Positions 47,982 through 58,296 of a stretch of DNA of 64,000 nt are shown in pieces. The notes under the pieces were generated by a model. The model was not told the DNA's origin. It searched no databases and was given only the letters and a program-made list of their open reading frames with translations. Where the stretch lies: assembly GCA_024276075.1 (NCBI GenBank), contig JAJRXX010000005.1, forward strand, positions 18,664-82,663, given 5' to 3'. Origin of the DNA: Planctomycetota bacterium. Its GTDB lineage: Bacteria; Planctomycetota; Phycisphaerae; Phycisphaerales; Phycisphaeraceae. The first letter of the stretch is position 1; the number at the start of each line of letters is the position of its first letter. A program made the translations under genes and the position numbers.

Positions 47982-48527
47982 CTATCGCGCCGCGGTCCGA
48001 ACCTCGGAGTTAGGACTGGGGTTGGCAGCATAGGCAGCCCGGACCACTTCAACCCGCTCAGCAGTACGCATAGCCTCGACAGCTACATCGCGGTCATCCG
48101 TCAGAACAGCGACGGCGATAGGATTCTGCGCCAACAGCTTAGCCGCCTGACCGGTGATGAATAACTGGCCGCTGTTGCTCTTGGCCTTGTCGGGCTTCGC
48201 TTGGGCTTGCTTGTGGCCGTTCATCTTCACGATCACCGAGTAAGCCTCGTCTCGATAATTCGCCGTAACCGTCTTGGTACGCACGATCGAGCCATTGTTG
48301 TCATAAGTCACCGATAGACCTTCTGAATACACCGGGTTCATCAACCCCTCAGAACGGTTGTAACCCAGGATCGCCTTGGCCGGCGTCGCCGCCTTTGAGT
48401 CAAACGTCAACTCAAACCCAATCGTCGTGTCCGTAAACAGACTCAGCGACCGGTCGGCGTTGCTGCACCCCGTAACGAACGCGCAACCCAGCGCGGCCGC
48501 CGTCATAAAAATGTTCTTCCTTCGCAT
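47982..48527 (-). CDS. lipoprotein, unknown function
   Basis: MRRKNIFMTAAALGCAFVTGC lipobox; last gene of a three-gene minus-strand operon. Confidence 0.65.
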   Translation of the reverse strand: MRRKNIFMTAAALGCAFVTGCSNADRSLSLFTDTTIGFELTFDSKAATPAKAILGYNRSEGLMNPVYSEGLSVTYDNNGSIVRTKTVTANYRDEAYSVIVKMNGHKQAQAKPDKAKSNSGQLFITGQAAKLLAQNPIAVAVLTDDRDVAVEAMRTAERVEVVRAAYAANPSPNSEVRTAAR

Positions 48528-48541
48528 TACGATTCCTCCCG

Positions 48542-48946
48542 TCAATAGGTGTGTGAAAAAGACAAATCTTCCGAAAGTGCGATCCGATCAGCCTCACCCC
48601 CCACCGCGATCTGCGCTAAGGGCGTGTCGATGCTATAACTGCGGTCGTCGAGACGAGCGGCCACCAACTGCTCATCGGTAAATCCCAGCGACACACGCGT
48701 ACCCGTCACCAGCAGCCCGACCCCCGTGATCTGCCGATAAGCCACGTCGTCGGTGATCTGCTGGCTCTCCACCCGGAACAAGCCCAGGCCAAACCAATCC
48801 TCACCCACCGTAATCGGTGTGACGCAGCCGAACACAAACGTCGTCAACACCACCAACCCCAACAGGCTCCGACCCGTAGCGCCCGGCAAAACGCAGCGAC
48901 GGATACGACGACCAAGTTGTGCAATCGCGTGGCGTAACATAATCAT
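48542..48946 (-). CDS. small lipoprotein/membrane-anchored protein, unknown function
   Basis: LLGLVVLTTFVFGC lipobox-like signal; 134 aa. Confidence 0.55.
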   Translation of the reverse strand: MIMLRHAIAQLGRRIRRCVLPGATGRSLLGLVVLTTFVFGCVTPITVGEDWFGLGLFRVESQQITDDVAYRQITGVGLLVTGTRVSLGFTDEQLVAARLDDRSYSIDTPLAQIAVGGEADRIALSEDLSFSHTY

Positions 48947-48989
48947 CTCTCACCGACCGAGGCGTAACCATGATCCGGGTCGGATCATC

Positions 48990-49625
48990 TCACTGTTTAC
49001 TCGCGGTGGCGTTCTCTGCCGCATCACTATTCGTCAAAACAAAATCGTCGAACACGATGGTCTCGGTGTATTCGCCCTCGATGTTTCTAAAATCAAAACC
49101 GATGCTCCGCACACCCCCTATCACCGCTTCAAAGCTGTCGCTGCCATTGGTGCGCACCATGCTGGCCCGGTCCATCTGAAAAGCAAAATCCTGTTTCTGA
49201 CCCGTCAGCGCATGCTCTGTGATCGAAACGAAAGTGGTCAGCCCATTACTCACCGCGAGCATGGCGTGCGTGTGGGTACCGGTCCGGTCCGACCTCATCT
49301 TCACGGTGGCGGAGTTGAACTCACTCAGATCGTTCGCTTCGTCGTAAATACGTCGCACCGCGCCAAAAGGTGCCGGCCAAACCACGCCGTACAACGCGCT
49401 GCGGGTTCCGGTCATGTTCCATCGATCGTGACCCGTAGCGGTAACGTTGTCATTCGTCGCACCGCCAAAACGGCGCCAAGGGGTCGACGTCGCGGTCAGC
49501 CCGACAATCTGGCCATCCGCGTAGGACTCGAAGTCATCGACCACCTGATCGCCCCACGCACTGGGACCGATGGCGATCACTCCAGCGGCGCACACAACGA
49601 CGATCATTCGGGTTAATACGTGCAT
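48990..49625 (-). CDS. secreted protein with CBM/CIA30-like beta-sandwich features
   Basis: Signal peptide MHVLTRMIVVVCAAGVIAIGPSAWG, followed by DQVVDDFESY, which is typical of carbohydrate-binding/CIA30-like modules. The family call is tentative. Confidence 0.55.
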   Translation of the reverse strand: MHVLTRMIVVVCAAGVIAIGPSAWGDQVVDDFESYADGQIVGLTATSTPWRRFGGATNDNVTATGHDRWNMTGTRSALYGVVWPAPFGAVRRIYDEANDLSEFNSATVKMRSDRTGTHTHAMLAVSNGLTTFVSITEHALTGQKQDFAFQMDRASMVRTNGSDSFEAVIGGVRSIGFDFRNIEGEYTETIVFDDFVLTNSDAAENATASKQ

Positions 49626-50005
49626 AGCTGATCGATCCGTATCAATACGTATGTGTTCGATATGTCTGGAAACACTTTCTCTACAAAGCGCTTATCGACC
49701 CGATTGAGCCGGCAATTCAGGGCATGTCCCCAAGGGCTCATACGCAATTTCCCCTATAGGAATCAGGAGCACTGCGGAAGTGAGGATTACTCTTGCCGCT
49801 CAGTGAGGGGCCGCCCGACTCAATTGGCAATGAAATTGAGAATAAATTGAAAGTGGCCATGACGATACAAGTCGCCTTGCTGAACTTAAGAGCCTATATA
49901 TCAATTATTTACAAATCAATGTGCGTATATTTGAACACAGCCGCAACGTTATCGGACTATCTGTCTGTGCCGGAGACTGCCACACATCCTCACTCGGTCC
50001 AAGTG

Positions 50006-50034
50006 AAAAAACTACGCATAGGGACTATGCGTAG
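50006..50034 (-). terminator. rho-independent terminator of flgM
   Basis: The minus strand reads ctacgcata-gtccc-tatgcgtag followed by tttttt, about 60 nt after the flgM stop. Confidence 0.75.
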
Positions 50035-50093
50035 CGAGTAAATCTATCCTTAAAAGGTATATGCGAATTTTGGGCCCTAGACCCTAGCTCTGA

Positions 50094-50378
50094 TTAGGCC
50101 AAGTCCTCTAATAGGTTATCCATCAGGGCGTCGACTTTTTCAGGTGTATCGTACGACCCCGAATCAATCTCAGAACGCACGCGATCGACCAAATCCTGAC
50201 GGATTTCAGGTAACTGGGCGATCTTGCTTAATAGCTGCGCACGAGGCGATAGCTCGACTTGGTCCTGACCGCGAGGGGCGACGGCGGGCGACGCTTGGCT
50301 ACTATTAGCCCGATCAGATCGACCCAGCAACGCGGGATTAGGCCGACCAATTGGTGAAATATTGCTCATCTGTTCCAT
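50094..50378 (-). CDS. flgM: anti-sigma-28 factor FlgM
   Basis: 94 aa; VELSPRAQLLSKI...IRQDLVDRVRSEIDSGSYDTPEKVDALMDNLLEDL matches the FlgM C-terminal domain pattern. Confidence 0.8.
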   Translation of the reverse strand: MEQMSNISPIGRPNPALLGRSDRANSSQASPAVAPRGQDQVELSPRAQLLSKIAQLPEIRQDLVDRVRSEIDSGSYDTPEKVDALMDNLLEDLA

Positions 50379-50693
50379 ACTCCTACCTCACCCACGGGCA
50401 ACCGTGCCAACAGTCTGTTTGATCTTCCTTGATCCGTTCTCTTCTGGGCAAGCTGTTAGCTTTTGTTTACAGCCCCGATACAACCCGAAGCCGCTGTCCA
50501 CAACACATATCGCCAAACCGTGCGAGTTTGCTTGAAAGGATTCTATAACGCGCGATGACGGATATCTAACTTTCTGCAAAATACAAACTTAGAAACCCCT
50601 CACAGATTATCCGCTTAACGGCTGACCTCATACAAGATAAACCCTTTAATTTGGCGGGTTGTGGCCGACTCTGCGACCGATGTATCGGCTTGG

Positions 50694-51572
50694 CTACGAG
50701 CCGGTGCCCGCCGCCACAATCGACCACGCGGTATCGGCGGCGTTGCGGTTGGCGAGCACGTCATGGACACGGAAAAGACCCACGCCAGCGGCAACACCCA
50801 GAGCGGTGGTCGCACACGTCGCCGCGATTAAATCACTCAGTTCCGGCCCATCGCCCTTACTCAACCCTCGACAAACGTGCGTAAGCACACTCTTGCGGCT
50901 GGCACCTAACAACACGGGGAATCCGGCAGCAACGAGCCGATCCAGGTGCAGCAGTAGCAGGAGGTTATGCTCAACCGTCTTGCCGAAGCCGATACCCGGG
51001 TCGATCACGATCTGCTGCTGTGCGACGCCGACACGGATGGCCGCCTTGGCACGCTCGACCAGGAACGACTCGACCTCGCTTACCACGTCGTTGCTGTACT
51101 GCGGGTCGTTTTGCATATCCCCAGGTGTGCCTTGCATGTGCATCAGCACAAGCGGAACACCTATCTGCGCGGCAAGCTCAAACATCTCAGGGTCGTCACG
51201 ACCAGCGGAGACGTCGTTGATGATCGCCGCACCTGCGTCGATCGCAGCACGCGCCACAGACGCCTGTGTGGTGTCGATACTCACGATCACATCGGGCATG
51301 CGACGGCTCAACCCCTCGATGACGGGTGTCACGCGCCGAATCTGCTCATCAACAGATACACGCTGCGCGCCGGGGCGGGTCGACTCACCACCCACGTCGA
51401 TGATGTCAGCCCCGTCTACGATCATCGACACCGCATGGTCGATCGCTGTGTCGGGGTCCTGGTATCTGCCGCCGTCTGAAAAGCTGTCGGGCGTGACGTT
51501 CAGGATGCCCATGATGACGGGCCGGTCGAACCGCCGCATTCGGCCATCGGGTAATTGAAGGCTAAGCACCAT
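50694..51572 (-). CDS. folP: dihydropteroate synthase
   Basis: IMGILNVTPDSFSDGGRY, IIDVGGESTRPGA, GASRKS motifs. Confidence 0.9.
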   Translation of the reverse strand: MVLSLQLPDGRMRRFDRPVIMGILNVTPDSFSDGGRYQDPDTAIDHAVSMIVDGADIIDVGGESTRPGAQRVSVDEQIRRVTPVIEGLSRRMPDVIVSIDTTQASVARAAIDAGAAIINDVSAGRDDPEMFELAAQIGVPLVLMHMQGTPGDMQNDPQYSNDVVSEVESFLVERAKAAIRVGVAQQQIVIDPGIGFGKTVEHNLLLLLHLDRLVAAGFPVLLGASRKSVLTHVCRGLSKGDGPELSDLIAATCATTALGVAAGVGLFRVHDVLANRNAADTAWSIVAAGTGS

Positions 51573-51635
51573 ACAGGCTAGTGTAATGTGACAGGGTACG
51601 ATCCTAAAAAAGCTGACGCCTGGAAACGATCCGCG

Positions 51636-53093
51636 TTACACCTGTACCTTAACCCACCCGCCATGCAAGAACCGCGCAGCAAAAATCACGCCTCGGAAAA
51701 CCAACTCGCCACAGAGTGCCAACCAGACGCCAGGCAAGCCCCAACCCCAAGCAATGCCCAACAGGTACGCGCTGGGCAGGCGGATCAGGTAAACCGAAAC
51801 CGTGGTCATCCACATGGCCGCTCGCGTATCACCCGTGCCTCGCAGGGCACCGGCTAGCACCATCTGCGTGGCGAAGAATATCTGGATCGGCCCGCAGATG
51901 CGGATCGGCGTCACGCTCTGCTCGACCAGCAACGGGGCATCGGTGATTAACCCGACAAACACCTCGGGCACGGTCAGGAACGCCACGCCCAACGTAGTCA
52001 TGATGACGGCAGCGGCGGCCCAGCAGACCATCACAGCGTGGCGGGCACGGCGTGGATCGCCCAGGCCCAGGTACTGACCAGCGAGCGTAGCGGCGGCGGT
52101 GCTCAGGGCATAACCCGACAAAAAACTCAACGACTCAATCCGAATCGCGATCATGTGCGCGCCGATGACCCCCTGGGTAGCCAAGCGGCCGACGATCATC
52201 AGGACCATATAGTTTGCGACCCACATGCCCGCGACGGATTCGAGCATGTTCGGCGTGCCGACGCGGATGATGCGTCGCAGCGTATGTGTGTGTGGCCGCA
52301 GACGGTGGCGGTGTAGACGGATAGGGCCGCTGCTGCGCATTAACATCACCAAGATCGTCAACGCGCCGACGCACCATGCGATAACCGTACCCACAGCGAT
52401 TCCCGCCACGCCGTGCCCGCCGATCGGATCGGGGCCGTAGACCAGCAGATAGCTCGTCGCAACATTAACGATATTGACCACGACCATGACGACGAATGGC
52501 GTGCGTGTATCACCCGCGCCGCGCAGGCAGGCGGCACCGACCATGAGAATAGCGCTGAACGGCGCAGCCACCGCGACGATGCGCAGGTATGTGACAGACA
52601 GCATCAAGCTCTGATCGGTTAACCCTGCAAGTGCGCCGATCGGGTGCGCACCCGCAAATACCAAGGCACCCACAACAACACCTGCGACCACAGCGAGTAT
52701 CAGCGACTGCCCCAATGCCGCGTTTGCCAGACCACGGTGCCTGCCGCCGATCGCGCGTGCGATCAGTGCCGCAGATCCGATACCGACGGCCATATGGATC
52801 ATGTGCATCAACCACGTAACGTAACTGGTGACCCCCAGCGCGTCGGTGGCGGAAACCTGCAGGGACTGAGGGTCGAGGTGGCCCGCCAGCGCCAAATCAA
52901 CCGTGCCAACCATGTATGACATGAACTGTTCGAGCAAAGGCCACAACGCGAGCGCAAACACTTGACGCGGGATCGACAGACCAGCAAGTCGTCCCTGTAA
53001 CTGTCGCGCCGACGGCAGCACAGAGTCACGATCCTGACGGCCCGTCGGCTCGCCCACCAGTGCAGCGGGTTGGTCGGTCTGTGTGTCGGCCAT
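51636..53093 (-). CDS. MATE-family multidrug/toxin efflux transporter
   Basis: 485 aa, 12 TM helices, ALRGAGDTRTPF and ALRGTGDTRAAM repeats typical of NorM-type MATE. Confidence 0.85.
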   Translation of the reverse strand: MADTQTDQPAALVGEPTGRQDRDSVLPSARQLQGRLAGLSIPRQVFALALWPLLEQFMSYMVGTVDLALAGHLDPQSLQVSATDALGVTSYVTWLMHMIHMAVGIGSAALIARAIGGRHRGLANAALGQSLILAVVAGVVVGALVFAGAHPIGALAGLTDQSLMLSVTYLRIVAVAAPFSAILMVGAACLRGAGDTRTPFVVMVVVNIVNVATSYLLVYGPDPIGGHGVAGIAVGTVIAWCVGALTILVMLMRSSGPIRLHRHRLRPHTHTLRRIIRVGTPNMLESVAGMWVANYMVLMIVGRLATQGVIGAHMIAIRIESLSFLSGYALSTAAATLAGQYLGLGDPRRARHAVMVCWAAAAVIMTTLGVAFLTVPEVFVGLITDAPLLVEQSVTPIRICGPIQIFFATQMVLAGALRGTGDTRAAMWMTTVSVYLIRLPSAYLLGIAWGWGLPGVWLALCGELVFRGVIFAARFLHGGWVKVQV

Positions 53094-53246
53094 GGTGTGG
53101 TAACTTGCGGTAGAACGGAGCGGGGACGGATCACGGGATTAGGCTAATCATAGCGTGCCTCAACAACACAGACGACCACCCGCACACCGGCTCGATACGC
53201 TACGATTGAAGCGCACAACGAACATCGCCGCTTTTGAGAACAAGAC

Positions 53247-54200
53247 ATGGCCGAAACAAGCAAACGTTCGACTAGCGACAGCAGCAGCACCGTGCGCATC
53301 GGACTCGTTCAACACGCCTGCCAACCCGGCACCGAGGCGAACCTAGACAAGACCATCGAAATGATCCGCGACGCGGCTACGCAAGGCGCCCAGATCGTCG
53401 CCACACAAGAACTATTCGCAAGCCGATACTTCCCGCAGATCGAAGATGCCAAACACTTCGAATCAGCCGAGACGATCCCCGGACCGACCAGCGAGCGGCT
53501 GCGTGCATTGGCAGCAGAATTGGGTGTCGAGATCACAGCATCACTTTTCGAGAAACGCGCGCAAGGTATCTACCACAACACATCGATCATGATCAGCCCC
53601 GACGAGGGTGGCAGGATCATCGGCCTGTACCGCAAGATGCACATACCAGACGACCCTCGTTTTTACGAGAAATTTTACTTCACACCCGGCGACGCGCCCG
53701 GTCACGCAATACATCCCTCCCCCACATCCGCAGACCGCGCCGGCTGGCAGGTGCAGCAGACGCGATCCGCCAAGACCGGCATGCTCGTGTGCTGGGACCA
53801 GTGGTTCCCCGAAGCAGCACGCCTCACCGCGCTCAAAGGGGCTCAGATACTGTTCTACCCCACCGCCATCGGGTGGTGCCGCAGCGAGACGACACAAGAG
53901 CGTGCACGACAAAAGGATGCCTGGATAACAATCCAACGGTCGCACGCAATCGCCAACGGCGTGTTCGTCGCCGCGATCAACCGCGTGGGCACCGAAGACG
54001 ACCTGGCGTTCTGGGGATCGAGCTTCGTGGCCGACCCCGGCGGCACGATCATCGCTCAAGCAACCGACGACAAAGAACAGGTCCTCATCGCCGACTGCGA
54101 CCTGTCGCTGATCGATGAGCATCGCGAGGGTTGGCCGTTCCTACGCGACCGCCGCGTCGACGCCTACAGCCAAATCACACAGCGATACCTGAGCGACTGA
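53247..54200 (+). CDS. aguB: N-carbamoylputrescine amidase (nitrilase superfamily)
   Basis: VATQELF (Glu), YRKMHIPD (Lys), LVCWDQWFPEAAR (Cys) catalytic triad context. Adjacent to aguA. Confidence 0.85.
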   Translation: MAETSKRSTSDSSSTVRIGLVQHACQPGTEANLDKTIEMIRDAATQGAQIVATQELFASRYFPQIEDAKHFESAETIPGPTSERLRALAAELGVEITASLFEKRAQGIYHNTSIMISPDEGGRIIGLYRKMHIPDDPRFYEKFYFTPGDAPGHAIHPSPTSADRAGWQVQQTRSAKTGMLVCWDQWFPEAARLTALKGAQILFYPTAIGWCRSETTQERARQKDAWITIQRSHAIANGVFVAAINRVGTEDDLAFWGSSFVADPGGTIIAQATDDKEQVLIADCDLSLIDEHREGWPFLRDRRVDAYSQITQRYLSD

Positions 54201-55246
54201 TGGGCACGAACGAAACCAACACGAGCGACCGAGTGGCTCAGCTAAATCAATCTGCACGTACACTCGGATACCGCATGCCCGCCGAATGGGAACCGCTCAC
54301 GCGCGTCTGGGTGACACCGCCGCACAACAGCGACACTTGGCCCGGCTGCCTCGATCACGCGCAACAACAATTCGACAACCTGATCAAAATAATGTCCGCC
54401 CACGTCGAGGTGCGCACGACACAAAGCCAGGGAATCGCGACGAACGATTCGTGGATACGCGACTATGGCCCGATCTTCGTCGTCAACAAATCAGGCAAGC
54501 TGGCGTGCCACGACTTCGTCTTCAACTGCTGGGGTGACAAGTACGAGCCTTACCGCGACGACGACGCGGTGCCTCTGCACATCGCCGCGAAGCTGGGCAT
54601 ACCCGTGTGGGAACACACACTCGTGCTCGAAGGCGGGTCGATCGAGGTCAACGGCTCGGGCACCGGCATGACCACACGCCAGTGTCTGCTAAACTCGAAC
54701 CGCAACCCGAGCATGACGCAAACACAGATCGAGCAAGCCCTACACGACACGCTGGGCACGCGACACACCGTTTGGCTACCCGGCGGGATCGAGGGCGACG
54801 ACACGGACGGCCACATCGACGACGTGGCACGGTTCATCAACCCCGACACCATCGCTGCGGTGCGCACACCCCACGGACACCCCGACCACGACGTGCTCGA
54901 ACAGAACTGGCGTACGTTAAAAGACGCACGCGACCAAGACGGGAGAAAGTTCAACCTCGTCGAGCTGCCCGCACCCGAGCCGATGTGGTACGACTACCCC
55001 GCCGATCAATTCGGTCCAGGCGGGCGCAAAGCACTACCCACAAGCCACGCGAATTTTCTGATCGCCAACGGCGCAGTGTTCGTCCCCACCTTCGGCCAGC
55101 ACAGCGACGACACCGCCATGCGCGCACTCGAACGCGCGATGCCGAATTACAAGATCATCGGCGTGCGTTGCGAGCACCTGGTCGTCGGCTTGGGCGCGAT
55201 CCACTGCCTGACCATGGGGCAACCAACGGTCTGTGATGAACGGTAA
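54200..55246 (+). CDS. aguA: agmatine deiminase
   Basis: YRMPAEWEP, WIRDYGP, EGGSIEVNG, DGHIDDVARF, AIHCLT (catalytic Cys). ATG shares one nt with the aguB TGA (TGATG). Confidence 0.9.
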   Translation: MGTNETNTSDRVAQLNQSARTLGYRMPAEWEPLTRVWVTPPHNSDTWPGCLDHAQQQFDNLIKIMSAHVEVRTTQSQGIATNDSWIRDYGPIFVVNKSGKLACHDFVFNCWGDKYEPYRDDDAVPLHIAAKLGIPVWEHTLVLEGGSIEVNGSGTGMTTRQCLLNSNRNPSMTQTQIEQALHDTLGTRHTVWLPGGIEGDDTDGHIDDVARFINPDTIAAVRTPHGHPDHDVLEQNWRTLKDARDQDGRKFNLVELPAPEPMWYDYPADQFGPGGRKALPTSHANFLIANGAVFVPTFGQHSDDTAMRALERAMPNYKIIGVRCEHLVVGLGAIHCLTMGQPTVCDER

Positions 55247-55411
55247 GAAGCCTATGTACGATCGAATACCTGCCCGTGCTGCATCGGTAGTAAAATAGCG
55301 ATGCCAGGAATCACCCGCCTATGAGATACGACTGGACAGCATGGCTGAAACCACTCATCTCGATCTTTGTAATCGAGAACCCCATCGAGGGGTTCCTATC
55401 TTGACGCCCTT

Positions 55412-56716
55412 ATGACCGACCAAGACCAGCAGCAAACCCTGGGACTGCCCGAGTTGATCGCTATGGGTGTGGGCGGGATGATCGGCGGTGGCATCTTCTC
55501 GGTCCTGGGTATGGCGGTCAGTATCACCGGGCACGCAGCCCCATTCGCGTTCGCCCTGGGCGGACTGGTCGCGATGTTGGCAGGCTATTCGTATATCAAG
55601 CTGGCTCTTGCGTACCACAGTGACGGTGCCAGTTTCACGTACCTGGAACGGGCATTCCCATCGCATCCGAACACCGCGGGGCTAGCGGGGTGGACGGTCG
55701 TCGTGGGCTATGTGGGCACACTCGCGCTCTACGCCTTTACCTTCGGAGCGTATGGGGCACATCTATTAGGTAGCTCAGACTCCCTGATACTAAGAAGAGT
55801 TCTGTCGACAGGTGTTTTGCTCTTTTTCATGGTCGTCAATCTTCGAGGTGCCAAGGCCAGCGGCGTGACGGAAGACCTGATCGTATACGGCAAGATCATT
55901 CTTCTGAGCCTGTTCGCAATTGCGGGGCTGTTCGCCGTCAAGAGCGATCATCTCATCCCGGCGTTCGACCGGGGAGCCCCTTCTGTCCTTATTGCGGGAG
56001 CCCTGATCTTTGTCGCATATGAAGGGTTCCAATTGATTACCAATGCCGTGGTGGAAACGAAGCATCCCGAAAAAAACATCCCCCGAGGCATTTACGGTTC
56101 GATCATCATCACATCGGGGATATATATCACCCTTTCGGTAGTAGCAGTCGGCAGTTTGACGGTGAGCGAACTGATCGCCGCCGAAGAATACGCGCTTGCC
56201 GTCGCAGCGCAGCCGGTGCTCGGCTACGCCGGACAGGTATTGGTCGGGGTCGCGGCACTGATGGCCACATCATCAGCGATTAACGCCACATCATTCGGCG
56301 CCTCCAGAATGATGGCCGAGATGGCCACCGAACAGACCATGCCGAAAGTGTTTTCGTTTCGTAATCGGACGCGCGTGCCGTGGGTGGCTGTGGTGGTACT
56401 CACCTTGGTATCAATTGTTTTTTCGCTGTTTGGCGGGCTTGAGACCATCGCGGCTTTTTCAAGCATGACGTTTCTCGTGGTATCCGTAGCCGTTTCGATC
56501 GCTAACTTTAGATTACGATCAAAGACCCACAGCAACCCGTGGATGGTGCTTTCGGGAACGGCATTGATGGCTCTAACAATCGTGCTTCTGCTGGCGTATC
56601 TGTGGCTTCATCAACGGCAAACATTTCTCTGGATCGCCGTGCTTTACACCGTCATCACCGTCACGGAATTCGTGTTCTGCAAACGAGCTTGCTCAATCGA
56701 AAAAGCAGATGCGTAA
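55412..56716 (+). CDS. APC-superfamily amino acid/polyamine permease
   Basis: 434 aa, 12 TM helices, GVGGMIGGGIFSVLG N-terminal signature. Confidence 0.8.
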   Translation: MTDQDQQQTLGLPELIAMGVGGMIGGGIFSVLGMAVSITGHAAPFAFALGGLVAMLAGYSYIKLALAYHSDGASFTYLERAFPSHPNTAGLAGWTVVVGYVGTLALYAFTFGAYGAHLLGSSDSLILRRVLSTGVLLFFMVVNLRGAKASGVTEDLIVYGKIILLSLFAIAGLFAVKSDHLIPAFDRGAPSVLIAGALIFVAYEGFQLITNAVVETKHPEKNIPRGIYGSIIITSGIYITLSVVAVGSLTVSELIAAEEYALAVAAQPVLGYAGQVLVGVAALMATSSAINATSFGASRMMAEMATEQTMPKVFSFRNRTRVPWVAVVVLTLVSIVFSLFGGLETIAAFSSMTFLVVSVAVSIANFRLRSKTHSNPWMVLSGTALMALTIVLLLAYLWLHQRQTFLWIAVLYTVITVTEFVFCKRACSIEKADA

Positions 56717-56809
56717 ACAAACTCAACGTTAACGCTCGACATCACGATCCGACCCATTCCTTGATAATCGTGACTCATAACGATAATGCAGGGACAAATT
56801 TGATCCGTA

Positions 56810-57928
56810 TCAGTCCATCTCCACGTTGACGTCCATACGTTGCATGAGCGCATCGAACTGGTCGAGGCTGTAGAACTCGATCGACAAGGTACCCGAGCCT
56901 TTCTTGCGACCCGACCGCAGCTTGGCTTTGGTGCCCAGTTGCCTGCCGATCTGCTGCTCCAGGTCGCGTAAATGTGTAGGCGTGGCGGACTTTGGCCTGC
57001 CGGGCAGCGCCGCGCCGGCCACACCCCCCTGCCCCGCCACGATCCGACGGACTTCCTGCTCGACCTGACGCACGGACCAGCCCTGTGCAACGATCCGCTG
57101 TGCCAGTAGCTGTTGCTGCTCGTGGTCGGTGACTGCCAACAGCGCCTTCGCCTGTCCCGCTGACAACAGCCCATCGCGGATCAGCCGCTGCGCATAATCA
57201 CATAAATTAAGCAACCGAAACAAATTAGATACAGTCGATCGCTCGATACTCACCTGCTGAGCAATCTCGTCGTGGCTCAGGCCAAACTGATTTTGAAGGC
57301 TTTGGAACGCTTGGGCACGATCGATGGGGTTCAAATCCTCGCGTTGGAGGTTCTCGACTAGAGCCCACTGAGCGGATTGACGGTCGTCGAGTGGACGCAC
57401 GATGGCGGGAAGCTGCTTGAGCCCAGCGATTTGCGCTGCCCGCAAACGTCGTTCACCAGCGACTAATTCGTAACCCCTCACGCCGAGTGATCTTCGTTCA
57501 TTTTCATGCTCCGATCCCGTTGTGTCTCTATTACCTGATCTTATTGGCCGAACGATAATCGGCTGCATTAGGCCGTCGGCGCGGATCGAGTCGGCGAGAC
57601 GTTGGAGGGCCTCCCCAGGAAATGATTGGCGGGGCTGGTGCGGGTTCGGACCAATCGCGTCGAGAGTGATATAGGTCAATCCGGCTGTTTTTGGGTCTGT
57701 GGCCGTAGGCTGACCTGAGCTCTGCGATGAGACCGTGTGGGGCTGCGTTGTGGTCGAATCGGTTGCCCCTGTGGATGGGGTGTCAGCGGACACGGGCGGG
57801 AAGGCCTGGACCGGATGGGCCATCAGTGCGCTGAGACCCTTACCCAGACGGGTGGGTTTGCGTGCAGTAGGGGGTGCGTCTTGGGCCTTCGCGGTCTTTT
57901 TACTGACCTGAGATTTTGCCTTTGACAT
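56810..57928 (-). CDS. parB: ParB/Spo0J chromosome partitioning protein
   Basis: IGPNPHQPRQSF (box I), YELVAGERRLRAAQIAG (box II / GERR arginine patch), HTH, LVENLQREDLNPID. Long low-complexity N-terminus. Confidence 0.9.
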   Translation of the reverse strand: MSKAKSQVSKKTAKAQDAPPTARKPTRLGKGLSALMAHPVQAFPPVSADTPSTGATDSTTTQPHTVSSQSSGQPTATDPKTAGLTYITLDAIGPNPHQPRQSFPGEALQRLADSIRADGLMQPIIVRPIRSGNRDTTGSEHENERRSLGVRGYELVAGERRLRAAQIAGLKQLPAIVRPLDDRQSAQWALVENLQREDLNPIDRAQAFQSLQNQFGLSHDEIAQQVSIERSTVSNLFRLLNLCDYAQRLIRDGLLSAGQAKALLAVTDHEQQQLLAQRIVAQGWSVRQVEQEVRRIVAGQGGVAGAALPGRPKSATPTHLRDLEQQIGRQLGTKAKLRSGRKKGSGTLSIEFYSLDQFDALMQRMDVNVEMD

Positions 57929-58123
57929 GGCGGGAAACCTCCATATTGATTTGATAAAGGGTTAGAGAGGGTAGTGTATGGGGATTCGCCTCGCCTGCCA
58001 AACAACGACTAAACTTAGGCAATCCAAGCTGCTGCGGACGGAAATATTCGCCGAGAAAAGCCAAGGTTGACACGTTGATCGACACTGACACGCGACAGTG
58101 GGTCATATGATTCTGCCATCGCA

Positions 58124-58139
58124 TGTTCCACGTGGAACG
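58124..58139. promoter_or_regulatory. parS-like centromere site
   Basis: TGTTCCACGTGGAACG vs the canonical parS TGTTNCACGTGAAACA: 14 of 16 positions match. Perfect 14-bp palindrome GTTCCACGTGGAAC, 196 bp upstream of the parB start. Confidence 0.7.
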
Positions 58140-58296
58140 CAACCTCTCATTGAGGCCCACGAATTTTCAACACGACGTTTAGCCAAATCTTGATATCCAT
58201 TGACATGGCCTACTAACAGACAAGCGCCGCAGCAAAATATCACTCATTGCGATCGCCCAATGACCGCCAATCAGATTGATTCGACTCCGCAACCTA

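Noticed and set aside
49626-50093. A+T-rich spacer of about 470 bp between the exported-protein operon and flgM, considered as a possible sRNA or mobile remnant.
   Set aside because: Apart from the flgM terminator hairpin (50006-50034) I saw no repeats, no ORF and no conserved RNA motif. It is most simply promoter DNA for the 49625-start operon plus the terminator.
50379-50693. Sigma-28 (TAAA-N15-GCCGATAA) promoter upstream of flgM.
   Set aside because: GCCGTTAA and GCGGATAA-like -10 elements exist on the minus strand, but neither has a TAAA box at the required 15-nt spacing.
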